A stretch of 64,000 nt of DNA from Takakia lepidozioides (Eukaryota > Plantae > Bryophyta): NCBI GenBank assembly GCA_030704615.1, contig CM060731.1, forward strand, positions 27,466,001-27,530,000. The letters run 5' to 3'. Below the pieces are notes generated by a model. The model was not told the origin of the DNA. It saw nothing but the letters and a program-made list of their open reading frames with translations, and did no database searches. The position numbers and the translations under genes were made by a program. Shown here one piece after another: positions 25,001 to 36,708 of this stretch; the first letter of the stretch is position 1, and every line of letters starts with the position of its first letter.

Positions 25001-28000
25001 CAATTTTGTCCTTTGCCCCATACTTATTCTCAAGAAGATACTCTGCACATGTTATGAAATCCGTGAAAGTGTTCCGTTTACGCAGTAATTTCCCGTCTTC
25101 ATACCACTGGCGTCCCATCTCTCCCCCCCCTCGGATGTGGGCCACTGCAAAGACAATCCCACGGTCTAGCAGTGATAGCCTGTAGGATGCAAAATATGGG
25201 TCGTTTGGCACCTGCAAAGTCAATAGAGCCACACAGAAGACTAAATATATCGTTTCCGTAGCACATCAGTATTTTATTGGCGGAGATAGATAACTTGCAC
25301 ATCTTGTCACGAGATCAACAAATTGGGCTCCTAAGAGCAACTCTAGTAGTGTCTTTGCATTTATGGTCCTCAAACCCATTCGCAAAGCCCAGACATAGAC
25401 ACATTCCATGGAACTTCCACACATAATATCCGTTGTAAGGACATACACTCATGGTAAACGACTAGGCAACAGTAGCAAAGAGAGCTATAGATGAGTTCTC
25501 GAAGATGTAGGTCCAAAGAACTAGACTGGCTTGGGTGACGGAGAGAGAGACACACAGAGGAATGACCACGTAGAAGGTGGAATGACAGAAAGGAACTTCT
25601 CTTAATTTAACACAACATATCACCAAACAAGATTTTATGCACCAATGCTATAAAGCATCACCCAAGTTATTACCTCATATGAGCCATAGCCAGAAAGAAC
25701 CAATGGATCCGAGCCGTCCAGTTTCACTAAATCCTTCCTGTAGACGATTGAGATTGGGACAAGCGTGCCATCACTGGCAGTTGCCCACGGTCGCAGTGTC
25801 TCATACTTCTTGACGTCAAACCCACCCAAAACCTGTAGAAGCACCGCATTTCAGGAAAATAAGCATACTAATTGATCACTCTACGTGAAGGTTTGCAAAC
25901 GTATCCTAAGGCCATGGACATCACTGATGTAAACATTGGAGAGTTGGTTGTAGGGTTGCAGCCCTGGAGGGTGTATGAGACTCAGCAGGATACTAGAGGA
26001 CTCTACCTGTTAATTTAAAGGCTGTGATTCACTTCATACTCAAACAACAAGTTTCAATCCAGCACTTGCTACTCCTGGCCTCCAATCGGAAACAGAGTTC
26101 ACAAACATGGCAGCGGTTGTCCTGGTCAGAGTTGAGGAAGAAGGGCTGCATTGATTTGATGAGAAGAAATTCATCACATCCAAGGGACACCCAACGGCCT
26201 ATGGAAGACCATAGAACAACAAAAGATAATAGAAAAGAACAAACCAACAGCCCAAAGACCTTAAAGGGCAAGAATGCATAACCAACAAAGAGAAAGTACG
26301 ATTAAAGAAATAAAGAAACTTTATAACATCACAGAGGACCCCAAGAACCCACTGGACATGGTGGAACAGAGCTTTATTTAGTGTGGTGGCAAAAAACCCT
26401 TTCTCCTATTTGCCTGGGCAGACATAATTCACACCTGTTAGTGATGGCACCGAAGTACCTACCGGTGTCACTTTCTTCAAAACTGATTTGCCGGTGTTCA
26501 TATCATAATCAAACACAGATTGGGGCGTTCGGAGAGAGCTGTAGCCATAGCGATACACATGGGATTCAAACTGAGAATCCTCTTCCTCCAATGAGTATGT
26601 GGGCTCCGGGAAATCAACCTTACGACCTTCAGAAAGTGCAGTGATAGGCTCACCAATGGGAGGAAGGGGGTATACGATAATTGTTTGGAGCCCATCCTCA
26701 CGTACAGAGACAACCAAATGGTCTTTAGAGGCCTGGACCTGTTGCAGCTTCACACTGTACCAACCTACAATCAGTATGAAAGGAAAATGACTAGTGAAAA
26801 GGTGATCATGTGATAATGCTTCAGGCTCAGGGTTAAGATGGGAAAGGATAGAAGATAGAGGTCTGAGCTCCGATGTTCCCAAATGGCTTGATGTTGTCTC
26901 AGTTTCAGAATGGTTGACAACAACAAAAGAGCATAGGGACAGGAGGACAAGAGGGAATGCATTTAGACTGGCTGGATGGGAGATGAATAGTAGTTTATAG
27001 AAATATTTCAAGTCAAGGACACCACGCACCTGGACCTATGGGGAATCAATACACTCAGTGCAGAGATATTGTCCACTGGGCAAACCAGAAGCTCAGAGTT
27101 ATAAACCTCGTTGCTCCTTCTAGTAATGAAGAAATGGCTCCCCCTGTGCGTGGCTAGATAATCCTCTCCCTCAATCTTTGGTGTCAACAATTTCATCTCT
27201 CCAGTCGGATCACTAGTACTCAGGTAGAGAACAAATTGGGTGATCATGGTGCCAGAAATGGCAAAAAGGTATTGCTCGCTCTCTGAGGTTCGAAGTTCCA
27301 AAGCGAATTCTTCATTTTCCTCATGGTAGATGCAAGCATCATCAGATTGATCTGTATTTAACCTGTGGCACCAAACCTAGTGACCCAATAAAAACAATCA
27401 TTCAAGCACACAATAAAAATAGATGAGAGGTGAACCTAGATGATAGGTACAAAAACAACTTTACATCTGGAATATTAATAAGATGTAGCATTCCTCCATA
27501 AGAAATCGAAGTAGGAGTTCAATAACGGCATATAGACATGTGCCTTGAGACCTTGTAAGGTCGCAGAACATGGTCCTGAGAGACATAGAACAATGTCTCA
27601 TTGTCTTTCGCCCACTCAATCTTCTGTGTGGCTCCAGTAAGGATCTTTCCAACCATCTGCCTGGTTTCCATGTTGACAATGCGGACAGTGTACACCTCAT
27701 CACCAGTAAAATCCTCTGTCACTGCAAAAAGGTGGTGGTTTGGGCTGACCTGCATGAAAAGCTGAGCTTATCAGCATACCTAGAGGACATGAACAAAATG
27801 AAACACACGTGACTTTTGGTCTTCCTGTGGTTTTGTGGCTTCAATGGTCTCTCTCAGTAAATTGATTCTTCCTTGAAACAAAAACAAAGAAACAAAAAGC
27901 AGTTCTTCTTGGATTTCATAGACAGGTGAGGACTTGAACCCTATGTTTGATTTTCCTGCCTACAGATATCAAGCATACTGTAAGTGCAAAGCTTGTGTTT

Positions 28001-29662
28001 TGGAGGTTACACCCTAGCACTAAAAATTCGTATGAAACTGCCTTCAACCATAATTATGAAAGAAACTCAAAGCTCAAGCTTCATGTTGGCTGAGATCACG
28101 GCAATACTACCTTAAGCTCACCGACATGATAGAACTCATGCTCTTTTGCTTCTGCGTTCTCATCCAAGAGAACCTCCTCGTTAAGAGCTCCACTCCCTGT
28201 ATCCATCATTTCATCCACATCACCAGGGCCTGCTCCCCCAGCAATTGCCCGCCGGCAGTGGACAGTATACTGCTGTCCCTCCAATGTCCTTGTGTAATAA
28301 AAGAAGGGTCCCTTTCTGAGGGGGGCACTGGCATCGTCCTCTTTGATCCTTGCTCGCATCTCTTGGTAAAGTTCTTCTTGCAGCTCTGTTGTGTCTGGCA
28401 GACACAATTGAAAGAGACATAAGTGAGAAATGACGTCAATTTCATATAGCATGTAGGATACCTGTGCTGATGGAGAAAACAACATCCAAAGAATAGTGTT
28501 GATGCTTGTGATCTCCAGGAGGCAGAGCTCATCCTATTATATTGATTGGTATGTATCTCCAGAGTAAAGATGTGCAAAGAATGTACTTATAAGACGTTGT
28601 TTGCAGTAGCCTAGTAAAAATGTGCAAAGACACAGATAGTGAGTCACAGATGGAGAAGTCTCATTGCACCAAGTTTGATTTGGGTGCTCCTGCGCAATGA
28701 GCGGAAAAGCCAGTACAGGCATCCGAAGTGGGTTGGCACTTGGCACTGTAAATGACCATCCCATGCAACGGTTGCACATTAAATGATGATTTTAATATCG
28801 ACACAGGGAGGAGTCGAATGCTCCATCGGAAATGGAAATAAAGACCTGAGCCGAATACCTCTGGGATGGAGATTGATATTTCTAGGGCAGTTTTCACGTT
28901 CAATAGTAATGTGGCAAGAGGGCCATCTGGCGCATCATATTCCACACCTGCTCCTGTGGCGAAGGAGAAGTGGCGAAGGAATAAGCAAACTATTCACCGA
29001 TTTGTGAAGGTGAACAAACTGATCACTACACGATACGGTACAAAGCTACAACAGAGCGAAGCACATACCCTCACTTGGAGTGTCTACTAGGCTCCAAAAC
29101 ATGATGGCCGGGAAAAATGAAAGAATTTGGGAGAAGCTTCACCTGCCATGACTGCCTCCGTGTAATCGTTCTCAGCTGCCAAGTAGGCCAGTACCTCTGG
29201 GTTTTTCCGGTCATCGTCGCGGAGCCAGTAGTACTCATCCATCCTCTGATCCCCGTGTGTCTCAATCACATGCTTAACTTTCTTGGCCACGGGGGGCCGC
29301 GAATGTCCAACCGTTGCTGCCACTGCCATTCCTTGCCCTTCCGCTGGCAACATACTCAAACTACCAATCGAAGCTGCCGCAAGGACTCCAGTGGAAAATA
29401 ATCTTCGAGAAGAAACTGAAGAGAATTCCGAGAATTCTGTAAGCCAATACCTCAAACTGTCACCAGTTTCCGTGCATGGAGAAAGGCACTGCTGCAGAGG
29501 CCCGTTTCGTTTTCCACTCCGAAGATAAGAAAATTGAGAATGAACACACGACCTTGGAAAGATCCTACATAGTGACATGCATTGCAAGGGAATCGCAGAG
29601 AGACGGTGAGGACAAGGGATCGCTTTCAGAAGCGGGAGTGTTGCTTGAAACAAAGGAGCCAT
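22073..29662 (-). CDS. oligopeptidase B (protease II, peptidase S9A), multi-exon
   Basis: PPVAKKVKH...[15 protein letters not shown]; [13 protein letters not shown]; GYGSYE; [17 protein letters not shown]; catalytic GRSAGG (in exon ~24846-25210); EWGNP...YSPIDN (24184-24249); [15 protein letters not shown]...[10 protein letters not shown] (~22825-22950); last exon [29 protein letters not shown] (22073-22160). Confidence 0.95.
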
Positions 29663-30202
29663 GGTGCGCCTGACGGTGAAGACGACAACGGGTCGACCGA
29701 TGCTTGGACGGGCCGGGTGAGCGTGAGTACCACTTTGTGCCACCCAGGTGATTCGAGGTTCAAATCCTGCTACCTTGTCGTTTGGTGTATCTGGGCTTTT
29801 CTTTTTATTCTTTTAAGAAAGGAAAAAAGGCCCAGAATATATTGATAGGCTGGCAAGGAAGTTGTTTTTTTTTTACCCTTTTATAAGAAAGCATATTCGC
29901 ATAGAGAACTATAGTAGTTCTTTTGTATTCCTTTTCCTGGAGAGAAAGTGAATTTAGCTCCTGTACGCTTCGCTGATGTTTGGGTTAACTCCCTGGGATT
30001 TTTTTTCATTTTTCCAAAATCGCCTTAGGGCCCATATGTGAACTCTCCTCAATGCCCATGCGGCGAGACTGACGAGGTGGCAAGGTTAGAAAAGTGGTTA
30101 TATAACAGGTGGCACGTTTTAACGGGTTTATGTTGGCAAAATCAGGCTCCTTGATATTTAACTAATGAAAAAAAAAAAAAAAAAAAAAAAAAACTACTGG
30201 CC

Positions 30203-30290
30203 TTTTTGGCAAATGTTTTTGGATTTAACCCCCTATAATTCCCTTGTACAAGTAGCTGACCCATTTTCCAGGTCGAAATCTGGCGACTTT
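30203..30290. repeat. dispersed repeat (MITE-like fragment), copy 2
   Basis: Matches 18367-18471 (ATAATTCCCTTGTACAAGTAGCTGACCCATTTTCCAGGTCGAAATCTGGCGA) and is preceded by a long poly-A. Confidence 0.7.
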
Positions 30291-31241
30291 CTGATGGGGT
30301 TCTTTTTCCAAAACCAATTAAAATTTGTTTAGATATTCGAAAGTGCATCTTGCAAGTTGGGATGAAAAAAATCAGAGGGGAGCCATCTAGGGAGAGCGAA
30401 GAGAGCCCGACCCGCACAGGAAAAAAGTTGGGTCCCCTCGGGCGTTTCCACAATCAGGTGGAGCTCGGTGGCCGGGTGTTCATTTTGGACTTTAGCTTGA
30501 AATGGTAGAGGATACCACCTAGTAACCGGTTGAACACATTTTGGCTATCACACCGTCTATAGCAAGTCGTGGTGGGTCTGCAACCGGCACATGAAGATAA
30601 ATGGACACTGTAATCAATTTGCGATACTTGTCCGTTGAGCTCTCATCCCATTTTATCAAGCTATGCTACAAATGCGCTAGCTCGGCGACTGGCCCTGCAC
30701 CCCGCACATGGAAACGATATGTGTACCCCGCCATTTTTGTCCATTTCATCCCTTAAACGGTGGGCTGGGTATATGGAAGGCCGCTCTTAGCCGCATGCGA
30801 GCCCCCCCAAAGAGACGCTAAATGCCTTCTCGTCTTCTCTCCTCCTCCATGCTTAATCTAAAATGCTTCGTGCAACAAGCGAGTCTTCCTATGAACGGGT
30901 ATGTACTGGACGTCTGCGGGGGGTTGGTATCCTGTGAGCACAGCCCGCGGTCATAAGGGTTCAATGTTTTCAAACCGCGGTATCATAGGAATCACATGTT
31001 TACAGGCACAGTGCATATATAGGGTACAAGTTGCAGCAAAACGATAAAATATCTGATCTATCTATACATTCACGAACATTCAATACATTTCAAATCATTG
31101 CTTGTAAGCCAAAACGTCATGATGTATCCAGACGAAACTATCGTTCCCGAAAGGACTACTTTTAATGTTAATTTCTCAATGCGAAATTAACATTTGTAGG
31201 GCTTAAACTGCCAATACCCGGATTTGTACTCAGAACTGGAA

Positions 31242-33641
31242 TACGGTGGGAACACTAAGGATACCCGTCAAGTGTTTGTCAAAATGGCCAAGTGAAATTT
31301 GGCTCAAATGTCTCATGGACTACTATGATTGCTAAAGCGTGAGCAGAATCCGTGAGCAGAAAATTCCGTGAGCAGATTTCTTTCAGGATCTGCTCACCTA
31401 TAACCGATCCCTCCTCGAGCCGAATCCCTCGAGCTCCAGAGTGAACCTGTGCCAACTGAGGAGGGTTGTGGTTGTCCTTTTACCAGGTATCCTAAGTCGA
31501 GAGAGATGTTCACACCCAATTGCAAAGAAGGTGGAGAGGCCATTTGGTGCTTTAATAAAAGTCGTTTGAATACAGTCGACGAAAAATATCCACTGCTATT
31601 GGAGTCAGTGTCCAAAATGAAGGCACAACTGTCTATGAAGACACTAGCCGTGCTCTGCAGAAAACCATCTATGTCGTAAAGCACAGGAAGGAAAGATGAG
31701 ATGAGGCTAAATCGCCCGCTGCAGCCTCCGCATAACATGACAACTCAAAATCCGTTTGCAAATTTTCCAAAAAATAAAGCAAAACAAAAAAAAAAAAAAA
31801 TCCAATTTTTTTTTTTTTTTTTTTTTTTCCCGAATGTTCTAGATTAAGGTGTCGTCAACGACACCTTAATCTGGCTGCTCTTCTTCTGGTGTGCTGTTTG
31901 GGGTGAATGACATCTACAAATTGCTCAGACTACATAACTTATGATTATTTGCAAGTTTTCCAAAAACAAAATATTTTTTATTTTATTTTTTATTTTATTT
32001 TATCCCCCCCCCCCAAGATGCCAGATTAAGGTGTCGTCACCTTAATGTGGCTGCTCTTCTGGTGTGCTATTTGGGGTGAATAACATCTACAAATTGCTCG
32101 GACTACATAACTTATGATTCTTTGTCATGTCCCAACAGGGCTGGGAATTAAGATGTCGTTGACGACACCTTAATGTCTGCTTCCCTGCACAAAAAAGGTC
32201 CCCTCTATGTTTTTTTTCAGGGGACATATTTATTCTGGGGAGATATTCATGGGTTCATTTGTCATGTGTTGACAGGGGTTGCGATTTAAAATGTCGTTAA
32301 CGACAGCTTAACGCTTGCTTCCCTGCGCAGGCTGATCCCTGAGGATAGATGTTGTTGCAGTCATCCAACGATTTTTTTTATTTTTTTTTATTTTTTTTTT
32401 CCTCCCGAATGTGCTAGATTAAGGTGTCGGGTTGCTCTTCTGGTGTGCTATTTGGGGTGAATGACATCTACAAATTGCTCGGACTACATAACTTACGATT
32501 CGTTGTCATGTCCTTTTTCCTGGTGACCAGAAATCCATACTGGGTAAAAGCCAGGTCTTTTGCTTGCAAAGCAAGGGTTGGGTTCATTTGCAAGTTTTCC
32601 ATATATATATATATATAATATTATTTTTTTCCCCCCCCCCGAAGATATTCATGGGTTCATTTGTCATGTGCTGACAAGGGCTGCGATTTAAGCTGTCGTT
32701 GACGACAGCTTAATGTCTGCTTCCCTGCGCATGTTGATCCATGAGGATAGATGTTATTACAATCATCCATGGTTCAATCATATGGGCAGTTTTTCATCCG
32801 CCACTCATCCAACGTTCATCCATTCCTTTTTACGTCCATCCCAAATACATTCATCCGTAAATTTTTCATCGCACATTCATGCTACATTGTTGTCATGGAG
32901 CCTGTTTGTCTCTTGTCCGATAGAGAAGAGATTGCGTCGTTGCAGTGGAGTTTGCGTCCACGGCAATAGGCCCACTTGTTCCCTCAGTTCTAGGGTCCGC
33001 ATCAGTAATCTGCTCACGCTTTGGGGAATCTGCTCACAGGTTCTGCTCACGCCTTTGCTGCCCTCCTACACTGTGGGTATGGTGAAGAGGGAGTTCAGAC
33101 GTACGAGCAAATGCAACAGGAAGGCAGCTGACTCCGGACAGAATCACCTTCTTATCTCTTCTTTCAGCATGTAGCAGGCCTGGTGTAAGAAGGCCGTCAC
33201 TATTTTCAATCCATGAATGGAGACTATGGGCTCACACAGATAGTGGAGCAGTTTGGCAGCTACATGGTGGATCTTCTTGGCCGTACATAGTGAATGGATG
33301 ACGCAGAGGAGTTCATCAACAAAATGCAAATTGAACCAGATGCTACCATGTGGTGGGCCTTGGTCAATGCCTGCAGAGTCCATTGCAATGTGGAGCTAGC
33401 AGAAAGTGCTACAAAACCGATTCTCAAGTCGCGGGATCCACAGCATGCTGGAGCTTATGTGCTGCTATATAGGGCCCACCCCTGAAAAGCCGCAAGGCAA
33501 AGTGGCTCTCGGGTGTGTGGTGACTGCCACACCGCTACCAAGTTCATCTCAAACATTGTTGGGCGAGTGGTGAGTGTGCGGGATGCAACCGGCTTTCACC
33601 ACTTCCATGATGGAGTCTGCTCTTGTGAGGATTACGGGTGA
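31242..33641 (+). pseudogene. PLS-class PPR-E-DYW RNA-editing factor pseudogene, split by a TIR element
   Basis: Left part: GNTKDTRQVFVKMAK*NL..VSWTTMIA (31242-31333). Right part: [135 protein letters not shown] (33060-33641). It contains stops, frameshifts and an internal deletion. Confidence 0.9.
31334..33055. mobile_element. non-autonomous TIR DNA transposon (1.72 kb), 4-bp TSD TGCT, superfamily unassigned
   Basis: TIR AA(A/G)GCGTGAGCAGAA with three GTGAGCAGA copies per end. TGCT is duplicated (31330-31333 and 33056-33059), and excision restores the PPR frame (MIA/ALL). The interior has repeated modules and palindromes. Confidence 0.85.
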
Positions 33642-33729
33642 ACCAAAGGATGATAGAAAATGTGTTAGTCATGTCAACCTTTGTTGTGGCCATTTGTGAG
33701 GGGCATCAATGTTTTCAATAGACAATTCA

Positions 33730-34530
33730 TAATATTAATTGTGTACATGTACTCATGTAAACGAGTAGATGGTGTGGAAACATTGTAGAAGATACATGTC
33801 ACATCAACCATTTGCAACTCGTTAGATCTGATCATGCACTTTCAAATTGAATCAGACCTCTGCAAATCTATACAGCTGTTATGAAATAGAACACCCCATC
33901 TTGCAGCCGGATAAAATTGTTCAGATCTTAACATATGTAGCAATACTTTTGGCAATGTAGAAGACAAGTAAGTGTGCATCGTGTATTTAGACCACATCTG
34001 AGCTCGTTGTACAATATTTTGATGGGTGAGACATATAACACGGATTTTTGATGCAAAGGCGTCGTACATAACGTATTGTTCCATACCCTCATTGATTTCA
34101 TTACCTATAACATTGGACTGCATAAATAAAAAATCGGGTTCGTCCTTGTCTTTCATGCAGTATCTAACCATTCCAATATATGTGTGTAGGCCTCTCTCAT
34201 AGCTACTTGTCATGCACAAGGTGACCAGGTGGTGTTGTTCTCGGCCGGTCAATATCCCATCCTAGGTGTTTTTTATTTAATTTGCTAAGCATCACCACAC
34301 TGAAAACAAACACTTTGCATATCATTTGCAGGTGCAAATGGAAGACCGATCCACCTCTTTTCAAAGAGCAAAGCCCACTCTTAGTGAACTAACGAAGAAA
34401 TATTTTCATTGTTTTGCAAACAAGCACGGTAGATATCTGCTCCCCCAACCACGATTGTGACGCTAGCTTGAATGAACTTCTTCCCTTCTATGTATCGCTC
34501 ATTTGCCCTATCTATTGTTATCTTTCTCAT
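33730..34530 (-). mobile_element. degenerate Replitron-like HUH (Y1) endonuclease/transposase
   Basis: Across frameshifts: FIQASVTIVVGGADI ... GLCSLKRGGSVFHLHLQMI (HUH at 34326-34340) ... KHLGWD ... GLHTYIGMVRYCMKD (Tyr at 34160-34162) ... LTHQNIVQRA ... HMLRSEQFYPAARW. Confidence 0.75.
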
Positions 34531-36052
34531 CACTTCAAACATTTACACACGAAAGCATGAAGAGTCGTGGCCTTCGGTCCATGGCTTTCAGACGGTGATA
34601 GATTTTTCTAGAAGCATGGACACACGTCCAAATATGATCGTTCTCTTCCTTCGCTCTAGTACATTGTCTTTGTCCATCTCTATTGGTCAGTTCCACTATC
34701 TCCATTTTGTTGACCTCCAAATTTCTACGCACCAATGTTAATGAGTACTTATTATGTGCATTTACCATACCTTCATCCACGTTTGGTGCGCGTGGTTCTG
34801 TCATCATTTATGCTCATAACTTTGTAGCAAAGCTATGGACCTCTCTCATTCATAGCAAAATCTTGGATTGCCCTCACTCCCACTCTTCTTTTTTAACAAG
34901 GGGCTCCGCCACAAGAGGCCATGTCCTTGCTCTCTCCCTTGTTTATTATCCATACCGTAATCAGGATATCTATAGAATATTCGTTCCATGCAACCCCATT
35001 CTCAATCCCAGACATAAATGCATTAGACATGTACATTATACGATTATCAAAAAAAGTTTGTGGTCTTCCAAACAGTGCCCCTAGCGCACTGGTACAACTA
35101 CCTCAAAACCTATATGGCCTTGGAACAACAACCCTAGGTGAAGCATATGCTAGAACACTGGGCACAAAACTTCAAGAAGCTTTAAATGACCCTGGCAAGC
35201 TTGGAAGCATTTATCAAGGATTTCTTCTACATGTTGCCTCTAAATTTGGAGGTCTACATCAATTACCTGCAATAAACCCCATTGCATGTACCCACTCGCC
35301 GCTCCTTAGAACCTTGTACATCCTCAAACACATGCATATTATTATTAAATACATCGCTACCTAATATTCAACTCCACACTTCACCCCTAGAAATAGCATG
35401 GGATACAAGTCCACAACAATGCCTCTTTGACCCAAATAGTAGACCCCACAAACAAACCACCCTGAAATTCTTTATGCAGTACAATATATCTACAATTTTG
35501 CAACTAACAGATGCAACTGGAACCAAGCTTATCAACCCACACAGTTTTCGCCTAAAATACCCTAGACCATTAACGCGTTCCCAACATATCCACTTAGGTC
35601 ACCTACAAACCATTTTCTGCTACCCCACAACTGCCTGCCAAAATAATTGCCCCATAAACTGTGCGACTTCGCCCCATCATCCATGGGAGCTTCTACCTCA
35701 GTACCGCTCCCAACCTACACGCCCCCCACTCGCTAGACTGTTTGTCGCCCCCATATCTCATCCAAGCGCCGCTCAACCTATAACTGCCCAAACAACGGAT
35801 CCACAACAACCTGACACAACCCAGTCAGTACAAACCTTACTGGAACCCCACTATGAGCTTCAAGAAATACAGGGTATCGTTAAGAAAATGCGAGTGGACC
35901 AATATGGAGCCTCATGCGCTGATACTATGTACATGTATAAATGGAAATGTGACCCCGACAAGAAAGCCACTTGGGAACATAATGACACCCTCTTTGATCG
36001 CCCATCAATACAACAATTGCAACACAATATCCAAATGATAGCTGATTATTAC

Positions 36053-36675
36053 TGTCACGGACATAGTCTAGAGGAACTTACCAGGAGTAAACACCAGAAG
36101 TTACCATGTTACCAAAAGTTACCATGATCTATCATGATTTACCATTACTTACCAAGTTACCGGGAGTTTACCAAATTACCAAGAGTAACTTGGGAAACTG
36201 CTCAGGAAGCTTCATTTGAAGGAAATTTCTCCATCAAGATACCTCATTTGTTTAAGGAAGCTTCTCCATCAAGAAACATTTATTTAATCTTGGAAACTTC
36301 TCCAGCAAGCAACCTCCATAGGGGAAGCTTCTTATGGAAGCTTCTTAGTAGCCACTATATATAGGAGGCGAGACTGACACTCTTCAGTCTCGCCAACACC
36401 AGTTCAAGCTACTCTTGTTTCCAGTTCCCAGTACTCCAGTCCAGTTCCCAGTACCCTAGCCCAGTTTCCAGTATCTGGTACTCCAGTCCAGTTTCCAGCA
36501 TTCCAGTATTCAAGTCGTGTTCCAATATCTTGTACTCTTGTTCATTGTTATAAAGATCGTCTTGATTTCTATTTACTCATCGTGCATTCGGCCACGCCAA
36601 CCTTGACTTCTTGTCTAGCCTTGTACCTCTAGTCTTATCTCTTGTTTGTGTTCAGTCATGTTCTCGTCCTTGACA
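36053..36675 (+). repeat. 5' LTR
   Basis: TGTCACGGACAT...CCTTGACA; near-identical to 40196-40808; TATATATA at 36356-36363; internal TTACCA and TCCAG microrepeats. Confidence 0.96.
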
Positions 36676-36677
36676 GT

Positions 36678-36688
36678 TTGGCGAGACT
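36678..36688 (+). promoter_or_regulatory. self-priming primer-binding site
   Basis: TTGGCGAGACT is exactly complementary to AGTCTCGCCAA (36386-36396), which lies 30 nt downstream of the LTR TATA start. Confidence 0.8.
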
Positions 36689-36708
36689 AAAGTTTGTTCC
36701 TTAGTAAG

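Noticed and set aside
30480-30960. Possible coding remnant of another transposase
   Set aside because: The frames I translated by eye contain stops and no motif I can assign.
33630-33641. DYG terminus as a novel or U-to-C-type DYW variant
   Set aside because: It is a single TGG>GGG change in a pseudogene that lacks the catalytic HxE segment.
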